This document shows positions 62,457-64,000 of a DNA stretch of 64,000 nt, in pieces; positions within the stretch are counted from its first letter, which is position 1; every line of letters begins with the position of its first letter. The notes beneath the pieces are model-generated. The model saw nothing but the letters and a program-made list of their open reading frames with translations. It was not told the DNA's origin and made no database searches. Both the position numbers and the translations under genes were made by a program. This DNA comes from Burkholderiales bacterium (GTDB lineage Bacteria; Pseudomonadota; Gammaproteobacteria; Burkholderiales; SG8-39), in contig DATIWX010000044.1 in the NCBI GenBank assembly GCA_035519135.1, positions 39,270 to 103,269 on the forward strand, in the 5' to 3' direction.

Positions 62457-63458
62457 TCAGCCTCCGTGCGCGAGCATCGCCTGGACGAGGTAGTGCAGCG
62501 GTACGGCCAGCAGCACCGCCGCGGGCAGCGTCAGTATCCACGCGATGGCGATTTCGCCGAGGACCGACCACCGCACCTGCGACTTGCGCTCCGCCGCCCC
62601 GGCGCCGACGATCGCGAGGCTCGTCACCTGCGTCGTGCTCACCGGTGCTCCCGCAAGCGAAGCCGCGAGAATCACCGCCGCCGACGCCGACTGCGCGGTG
62701 AAGCTGTGAATCGGACGGATCCGGTAGAAGTTCAGTCCCAGAGTGCGGATGATGCGCCAGCCCCCGACCGCCGTCCCCAGCGCGATCGCCGACGCGCTCA
62801 GCGCGACGGCCCACCACGGCACGACGAACGCCGGCGTCAATCCCAGGGTCACCAGTCCCAGCGAGATCATGCCCACCGTCTTCTGCGCGTCGTTGGCGCC
62901 GTGACTCATGGCAAGCGCCGCGGCGGTGAGCACCTGCGCCCGGGACAGCGCGGTATTGGCCTTCGGTGTCGCGTTGCGCAACAGCCAGCGCAGCGCCCGC
63001 ATGATCGCGAGCGCCGCGGCGAAGCCGAGCGCCGGCGAGGCGAACAAGACAAGCGCCACTTTCCACAGCCCCTGCGCCTGGATCGCGGCGGGGCCGGAAC
63101 CGGCGGCCGCAGCTCCGACCATCCCCCCGATCAGCGCGTGCGTCGAGCTCACCGGAATGCCGAAGTACCAGGTCACCGCGTTGCAAAGTCCTGCCGCGAG
63201 CAGCGCGGCAAGCACCACGGAGATCGTGATCGACTGCGGCAGCACCACCCCCGCGCCGACCGTTTCGGCGACCGCTATACCGAGCAGGAACGGGCCCGCC
63301 AGGCTCGCCACCGCCGCCAGGGTGAGCGCGCCGCGTGCGCTCATCGCGCGCGAGGCGATGATGGTCGCGACGGCATCGGCGCTGTCGTGCACGCCGTTGA
63401 GGAAATCGAACAGGAACGCGACCGCGAGCAATACGAATAGGAGCGTCAGCGCGGACAT
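62457..63458 (-). CDS. Inorganic phosphate transporter (PiT family)
   Basis: NGVHDSA, PVSSTHALIGG, HGANDAQK, PVSTTQ. Confidence 0.93.
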   Translation of the reverse strand: MSALTLLFVLLAVAFLFDFLNGVHDSADAVATIIASRAMSARGALTLAAVASLAGPFLLGIAVAETVGAGVVLPQSITISVVLAALLAAGLCNAVTWYFGIPVSSTHALIGGMVGAAAAGSGPAAIQAQGLWKVALVLFASPALGFAAALAIMRALRWLLRNATPKANTALSRAQVLTAAALAMSHGANDAQKTVGMISLGLVTLGLTPAFVVPWWAVALSASAIALGTAVGGWRIIRTLGLNFYRIRPIHSFTAQSASAAVILAASLAGAPVSTTQVTSLAIVGAGAAERKSQVRWSVLGEIAIAWILTLPAAVLLAVPLHYLVQAMLAHGG

Positions 63459-63598
63459 GATTCAGGACGACCCCTCCCGACGCAGCTGCTCCAGATCAGG
63501 AGGGGCGAAGCGTCGAATACTAGCACAGCGGCGCATCCGCACTCGCCGCAGCGGAGTAGCGCGAAACCGGGCATCATTCAGCCGGAGAAGGGCGAACA

Positions 63599-64000
63599 AT
63601 GTTCCGACGCATCTTGGTGCCCGTCGACGGCAGCGGGCCTTCCACCGCAGGCCTGCGCATCGCGCTGTTGCTCGCACGCGATCGCAAGGCGCGCCTGCGG
63701 CTGGTACATCTTTCGCACGACCTCGCCCTCGCGCCGGCGCGCAACCGGGAGCTGCCCGTCGGCGACCTGTACGCGCGGGTGGAAAAGCGCGGTGAGCAGC
63801 TTCTCCGTCGCCACGAGCGCCGGTGCCGGCAGCGGGGGATCGCGCCCGAGACCGCGCTCTACGTCGCCATTGCCGGGCGCGCCGCCGATGTCATCGTGAA
63901 GGAGGCGAAGAAGTGGCGCGCCGACCTCATCGTCATGGGCACGCACGGCCGCCGCGGGGTCACGCGGCTCGCCCTCGGAAGCGACGCCGAGCAGGTGGTG
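63599..64000 (+). CDS. Universal stress protein, 3'-truncated (absent from ORF track)
   Basis: MFRRILVPVDGS...ADLIVMGTHGRRGVTRLALGSDAEQVV; GGAG upstream. Confidence 0.92.
   Translation, partial: MFRRILVPVDGSGPSTAGLRIALLLARDRKARLRLVHLSHDLALAPARNRELPVGDLYARVEKRGEQLLRRHERRCRQRGIAPETALYVAIAGRAADVIVKEAKKWRADLIVMGTHGRRGVTRLALGSDAEQVV

Overview
GC-rich betaproteobacterial chromosomal segment (Burkholderiales/Nitrosomonadales-like gene content and order; taxon inferred). No rRNA, tRNA, CRISPR array, transposase or phage gene was seen. 1-23 kb is mostly housekeeping: pyrF, leuA with an unannotated Leu-rich leader peptide, pssA/psd, ilvBNC, an ECF sigma cluster, lptFG, pepA-holC, valS, bepA-like protease, moaC. 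23-38.6 kb holds a sigma54-driven type IVa pilin with a TMTC-like GT-C/TPR neighbour, beside an eight-gene signalling cluster (CHASE2 Ser/Thr kinase, PP2C, FHA, CHASE2 adenylate cyclase, class II cNMP phosphodiesterase, cNMP-rhodanese, GAF-PilB-like ATPase, GAF-HD-GYP). 38.9-61.8 kb is an oxalate/formate region (oxc, frc, ALDH1L1-like formyltransferase, Crp/Fnr regulator, TctABC, fhs, two-subunit formate dehydrogenase, sucCD) interleaved with a second TMTC-like protein and a SPINDLY-like GT41. Strongest observations: (i) five TTGAC-N4-(G/A)TCAA boxes upstream of oxc, tctC, fhs, fdh and sucC, four at class II activator spacing from good -10 hexamers, defining a candidate oxalate regulon; (ii) a formyltransferase resembling the ALDH1L1 N-terminal domain coupled to oxc-frc, a candidate formyl-CoA:THF formyltransferase; (iii) a cAMP/phosphothreonine module that includes a GAF-fused pilus ATPase; (iv) two paralogues of an unknown ~105-aa protein, each near a TPR glycosyltransferase. 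All calls come from reading the sequence and recalled family motifs; no searches were run.
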